This document shows positions 15,839-20,000 of a DNA stretch of 20,000 bases, piece by piece. A model generated the notes under the pieces. That model was given only the letters and a program-made list of their open reading frames with translations. It had not been told where the DNA came from and did not search any database. The stretch lies in IMG/VR virus record IMGVR_UViG_3300020049_001894. One strand, 5' to 3'. The stretch is from an uncultured virus (IMG/VR IMGVR_UViG_3300020049_001894) (taxonomy: Duplodnaviria > Heunggongvirae > Uroviricota > Caudoviricetes). The translations under genes were made by a program, and so were the position numbers. Within the stretch, counting starts at the first letter, position 1. Every line of letters starts with the position of its first letter.

Positions 15839-16173
15839 GTCACCTCACGCCCGGAAGCCCGGATATTGAGAGTTGTTGCTACGGATGCTATTGTACTGAT
15901 CGAATCCCCTTGTGCCAAGGCGTGACCGACAAGTTCAGGGAACGTGTAGGTTTCTTTCGGTTGTAGGGTCTTAACTGCTGTAATCAGGTTCGAGTTTGCA
16001 GCGGTTCCCGCATTCGGGATCAGGTTCACGCTGATGGTGGCGAGCACGGTCCCGTAGTTCGTACAGGTGAACTTGTCAATCAGGGTAGTGACCCCGGCTG
16101 CTGTGACGTATTGCAGAGTCTGGGCGTTCTCTGCATTCTTCGACTCAATCAGGACTTTTGGTGTAACTGCCAT
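15835..16173 (-). CDS. Small beta-rich putative virion protein
   Basis: 112 aa, Thr/Val/Ala-rich, in the tail operon; AAGGA RBS; ATGA overlap with the next gene. Confidence 0.7.
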   Translation of the reverse strand: MAVTPKVLIESKNAENAQTLQYVTAAGVTTLIDKFTCTNYGTVLATISVNLIPNAGTAANSNLITAVKTLQPKETYTFPELVGHALAQGDSISTIASVATTLNIRASGREVT

Positions 16174-16182
16174 GATCTGTCC

Positions 16183-18036
16183 TTAAGTTGTACCATCTGT
16201 CAGCAACCCGCGATCTGCGAGATAGGTGATCAGGTTCGCTAGTGCGACATTGCCACCCTTGGCACCCGTTAGGGTACCCTTGACCGCCGATGCTCCAGCA
16301 TAGAATGCAATCTTGTTCCCTGCTGCACCAAGCTGTGCGGTGCCTGTCCCGGCTGCGATCAGCGCCACGCCCACATTCGCCTCGCCTTCGGCTGTGTAAG
16401 GGACCAGTTGCCCAGATGCGCTACCTGCGGTGACAGGGATATTGATTGTGGCAGTAACCGTCTTTTGCACAGTCGGAGAGGTCACAGTACCACCCGGAGT
16501 ACCTGCCACATAGGATGTGGCACCACCACCGTACTTACCCAGCGATGCAAATGCCCCAAGGTGGATCAGATTGTATGCCGTGGGCAGGAAGGCACCGGCA
16601 CCAGTACCAGCACGATCATACTGCTCAATGATGGTGTTGGAAATCCAAATCTGATTGCTCGTACCCGCTACTTTAATCGCGCTACCCTCAGACAACACAG
16701 AGTACAGATTGGACACCTGCACATTGTGGTTCGTACCAGCGGTAATGTCGATAGCACACGCACCCGTGAGCACCACAGCGGGGCTAGCTGGGGGCCACGC
16801 TTGCCCAAGGTGGAATATCTGGTTCACGGCAACGTGAGCCACGCTGCTGTCTATCACGATAGCCCGACCTGTAAAGTCAGCATACAGCCCGTTGATGTCA
16901 ATCACGCGGGAGGTGCCACCCGAGCCGCTGGTGCTGATATGGATCGACTCCTTCACCGCAAATGTGAAAATGCGATCCATCCAGAGTCCGTCCACTCGCA
17001 ACAAGGTGATCTCGATACAGTTGGCTTGCTGCCACTGTAGAACACTGTCAGCCTCACTCCAGTACGTCCAAGCATGTAGACCGTCCAGCTTACCTAGATC
17101 GTAAATCTGGTCAAACTGGAAACCCTGATAGAAAAACTGACCCGTGATGTTCTCATAGTGAGGGCGGGCAGAGTTGTTCGTGTATACACCCTTGTAGACC
17201 CCGTGAAAGTGAACCCGGTCCAGAATCAAGGTGCCATATGTATTTTCGTTCCGAATGACCCAATCCCGAGATGCGGGACTCCAGCCCCCACCGGGTACAG
17301 GGTGGCCCTCTTGGAAGATTGCGAGGTTGGTCATGCCGGACGACTTGCCCATGTCGCCCGTGAACTGGATCAGGGGACCACCTGCGTTCGCATGGATTAA
17401 CCATGAACCATTCGGAGGGATCGTGATGGGTCGGGCATTCTGGAAGTCCAGATACCCTTCACCCACCAATCGCACAGGACCGGTTACAACCAGAGTACCT
17501 GTCACCCGGTACTTGCGCGACGAGAACCGCACTTCCATGTGGCCGTCACCCGTGGTCTGGGCAAATGTGATCGCGTTCTGAATCTGACCTGTTACATCGG
17601 TGACGCCATCCACGAATGTGGTGAAATCAATGTAATCGTCCACATTGACGTATTGGCGCATCTTACTCTGCGCAGTCTGGGCAACAGCACCTGTACCAGC
17701 TTGGATGAAACCGACCAGCGCAGAGCCACCGCTCCCGGCCAGAGCGGCGGGGATCGTAAGAACCTCGTCAGCTACGTTATCAACGGTCCAGATTTCGACG
17801 TTGTTTGCGTCAACCAGCCGCAGTTTGTACGCTACCGTACTGAGCCATATGCTGGCCTCCCCACGGGAGTCCAGAATCGTGGGGTTCGGGTTAGAGGTGT
17901 TACCCGTGGAATCAGTGTACGTGGCGAGTGGAGTATTGGTCCCAGCGGCAAACGAGTACAGCTTCCCACCGACCAACGGATTCCCATTATTGTCGAAATA
18001 TTGCTGTTTCGGGGAAGGTGTTAAAGCCAGTGTCAT
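16183..18036 (-). CDS. Tailspike 1: virion-attachment N-domain, pectate-lyase-like beta-helix (putative depolymerase) and C-terminal helical cap
   Basis: N-terminal QYFDNNGNPLVGGKLYSFAAGTNTPLATYTD...NPNPTILDSRGEASIWL podoviral head-binding-type domain; neck GSALVGFIQAGTGA; DGVTDVTGQIQNAI beta-helix entry; GAGG RBS. Confidence 0.85.
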   Translation of the reverse strand: MTLALTPSPKQQYFDNNGNPLVGGKLYSFAAGTNTPLATYTDSTGNTSNPNPTILDSRGEASIWLSTVAYKLRLVDANNVEIWTVDNVADEVLTIPAALAGSGGSALVGFIQAGTGAVAQTAQSKMRQYVNVDDYIDFTTFVDGVTDVTGQIQNAITFAQTTGDGHMEVRFSSRKYRVTGTLVVTGPVRLVGEGYLDFQNARPITIPPNGSWLIHANAGGPLIQFTGDMGKSSGMTNLAIFQEGHPVPGGGWSPASRDWVIRNENTYGTLILDRVHFHGVYKGVYTNNSARPHYENITGQFFYQGFQFDQIYDLGKLDGLHAWTYWSEADSVLQWQQANCIEITLLRVDGLWMDRIFTFAVKESIHISTSGSGGTSRVIDINGLYADFTGRAIVIDSSVAHVAVNQIFHLGQAWPPASPAVVLTGACAIDITAGTNHNVQVSNLYSVLSEGSAIKVAGTSNQIWISNTIIEQYDRAGTGAGAFLPTAYNLIHLGAFASLGKYGGGATSYVAGTPGGTVTSPTVQKTVTATINIPVTAGSASGQLVPYTAEGEANVGVALIAAGTGTAQLGAAGNKIAFYAGASAVKGTLTGAKGGNVALANLITYLADRGLLTDGTT

Positions 18037-18073
18037 GATGTTACCTCATAATCAGAATGCATTGTAACTCGTG

Positions 18074-19585
18074 TCAGGCATGCCATATCGGAATATAGCC
18101 GAATATGCCCACCGAGTCTGATGTGACCTTTAACCATTTGTTGTTCCCACCTTGCGGGGCGTTTGTCAGATCAACTGTGGCTGTGGCCGACCCTGTAACG
18201 TCAATCGCAACCCCTCGTATTAGATCGGATACTGAGGAGTACGTGGGGGAGCTACTACCGAGAACGATGTAGTTTGGGATGTCTGGATACGTTGGTTCAT
18301 CTGTAGCTGAACTAAAATAGCACCCATGCCATGAGTATTGAACGGTTCCCGCTGTTGTCCAAACACACTGTCGTGCCGCATCTGGCGTATACGTATTGAA
18401 ACCACCAAACCCGCACCCTGACATTGCCACTTTTACGGTTTTACCCGCCGCAGCATTCGTCAGAATGTTATTCGTGGTGTAGTGAGCACTTGTTACGCGA
18501 TTGAATGTGCATCCTGTGATATTGCAACCTGCGCTGTTCAACCCATCAATGAACAAGTCAGCATCCCCGGCATTTTCTTCAAAATACACACCCTGTAGAT
18601 TGCAACCCGCTGCACCATCTGGCCCCATGCTTATGTCAGCACCACCTACGAATGCCCCGCTTCCCCCGATGCCGTTTCCCTGAAACGTCCCACCAAAGAA
18701 GTTCATGGTGATGACAAGCTGGGCATTCAGTCCAAAGTTAGAGTTGTACCCGAATGTAGTCGCAATGAATGTAATCGCATTCGGGTGGGTATATGTGCCG
18801 ACCTGGAGGTACATCCCCTCGACGTTATACGCGAATGTGGAGTTAGCACAGTACATATTGTAAATATCCGTACCCACCATTCCTGTTCTAAACCCCGTCA
18901 CCCGTACATCATTCATCGAGAAAAACAATGCGTTTTGTACAGCGAGTGCAGTTCCGGTCCCCGGTGCTCCACCTCCCGGACCCTCTAGATATACGCCTGT
19001 TATGGTGATGTGGTATTGCAGGAAACTGTTACCGATTGCGAATAATGCATCCGTACCAGATGGGTATACGATGCTGGTGTTAGCGCTCCCGTCACCGATA
19101 ATGTTGCATCGCGGTCCTGTAAACGACACAGATGTAGCAGTGTCATCCATGAGCAGCGGGGTGGTACACAGATAAACCCCAGCGGGGATGAATATGGTTT
19201 TCCCTGTGGATGTGCCGTATGTGAGGGCTGCCTGCAATGCGGGGCCATCGTCAGTAACACCATCTCCGACAGCGCCGTAGTCTCTTACGCTCACCCACTC
19301 ACGGGCCTTGGCTTGAGAGGTTCGAGTAATCGCACCAGTACCAGCCTGAGTGAACAGGGACTCGGGCTCATAGCGAGGGGCAACCTCAATACCCTGCACC
19401 ACTTTACCCAACTCGTCAATCTTGGAGGTGACCACCGAATTGTCAGGTGCCACCAATACAGCCTCTCCCGAGTCCGTGCTACCCGTGTACAGGTTCAGAA
19501 AGAACAGATACCATTCACGCGACAGCTTGCCTGTTCGTGGGTCGATGAAGTCAGTTCGTGAGGACGGAAGTGTGACGTTAACCAT
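18074..19585 (-). CDS. Tailspike 2: short tail-needle-position N-terminus fused to a pectate-lyase-3-like beta-helix
   Basis: VSVRDYGAVGDGVTDDGPALQAAL...IFIPAGVY beta-helix cap, Asn/Gly/Phe-rich coils; N-terminus PSSRTDFIDPRTGKLSREWYLFFLNL; directly follows the gp10-like gene. Confidence 0.82.
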   Translation of the reverse strand: MVNVTLPSSRTDFIDPRTGKLSREWYLFFLNLYTGSTDSGEAVLVAPDNSVVTSKIDELGKVVQGIEVAPRYEPESLFTQAGTGAITRTSQAKAREWVSVRDYGAVGDGVTDDGPALQAALTYGTSTGKTIFIPAGVYLCTTPLLMDDTATSVSFTGPRCNIIGDGSANTSIVYPSGTDALFAIGNSFLQYHITITGVYLEGPGGGAPGTGTALAVQNALFFSMNDVRVTGFRTGMVGTDIYNMYCANSTFAYNVEGMYLQVGTYTHPNAITFIATTFGYNSNFGLNAQLVITMNFFGGTFQGNGIGGSGAFVGGADISMGPDGAAGCNLQGVYFEENAGDADLFIDGLNSAGCNITGCTFNRVTSAHYTTNNILTNAAAGKTVKVAMSGCGFGGFNTYTPDAARQCVWTTAGTVQYSWHGCYFSSATDEPTYPDIPNYIVLGSSSPTYSSVSDLIRGVAIDVTGSATATVDLTNAPQGGNNKWLKVTSDSVGIFGYIPIWHA

Positions 19586-20000
19586 TAGTCGGACTCAGTA
19601 GCAAATTGGCACCCATGATAGCAATCTTTACCGGGTCGGTCCCCGACACCTCATACACGCGATCCCGCAGTTTCAGACTCATGCCCAGCCGACGCCAGAA
19701 CACACGGGTCTGATAGTTGCCGATACTACCCATGCGGCTATAGTGCTCGTTGGACCAAGTGTGACCGCCGTCATCCGACCACCGGAGAACGACAGTGGGG
19801 TTCTGCATCGGAGTAATCTCGTAGGTGATTTCGATACGGTTCCCATTTTCCGTGATCAGGAAATCACCGCTCTCTATCAACAGTACGTCACCGGACATAC
19901 CGGTTTCATCAAAGGGGTCCAACTGGTTCAGACCGACACCGGACTCACAATCGAGCTGGAGGCTGTGCTGTGCGGTACGGGTCAGGTTGTTCTGACCTGT
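19578..20000 (-). CDS. C-terminal part of a P22 gp10-like tail hub / packaged-DNA stabilization protein (5' end outside the window)
   Basis: Frame is open from 20000 (TGQNNLTRTAQHSLQLDCESGVGL...). LRWSDDGGHTWS...GNYQTRVFWRRLG...RDRVYEVSGTDPV is the gp10-like C-terminal signature. Confidence 0.85.
   Translation of the reverse strand, partial: TGQNNLTRTAQHSLQLDCESGVGLNQLDPFDETGMSGDVLLIESGDFLITENGNRIEITYEITPMQNPTVVLRWSDDGGHTWSNEHYSRMGSIGNYQTRVFWRRLGMSLKLRDRVYEVSGTDPVKIAIMGANLLLSPTNG

Noticed and set aside
16408..18067. Several plus-strand ORFs (up to 210 aa) opposite tailspike 1
   Set aside because: Shadow ORFs with unnatural composition, opposite a well-supported gene.
16183..19585. Diversity-generating retroelement acting on tail genes, as in BPP-1
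   Set aside because: No reverse transcriptase and no near-identical TR/VR pair differing at adenines in the window; the shared neck is short and diverged.
19980..19997. Short inverted repeat GGTCAG-N6-CTGACC
   Set aside because: A 6-bp stem inside coding sequence at the window edge is expected by chance.

Overview
A 20-kb segment of a tailed dsDNA bacteriophage, most likely a short-tailed podovirus of a Gram-negative host (inferred from gene content). Left half: an APSE/BPP-1-style replication module. A leftward Prim-Pol/PriCT-2/DUF3987 primase is divergent from an RHH regulator, small accessory genes, a DUF2800 Cas4-like nuclease, a DUF2815 SSB, a family B DNA polymerase, DUF3310, VRR-NUC and a SNF2-like helicase. 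Right half (minus strand): a P22-like tail/ejection module (gp10-like hub, two beta-helix tailspikes, a small virion protein, a gp14/GNAT-like protein, three ejection proteins) followed by a lysis cassette (two membrane proteins around an M15 peptidase endolysin). No RNA genes, CRISPR arrays, integrase or IS elements are visible. The most unusual points: a beta-helix depolymerase fused to the protein at the tail-needle (gp26) position, a PolB where this module usually has PolA, a lone RHH gene and no integrase where temperate relatives have cI/cro and int, a chain of ATGA-coupled micro-ORFs before an XRE gene, and a G-rich hairpin/G4 element before the polymerase. I did not find a clearly new multi-gene system. 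All family calls come from motif recognition by eye, not database searches.
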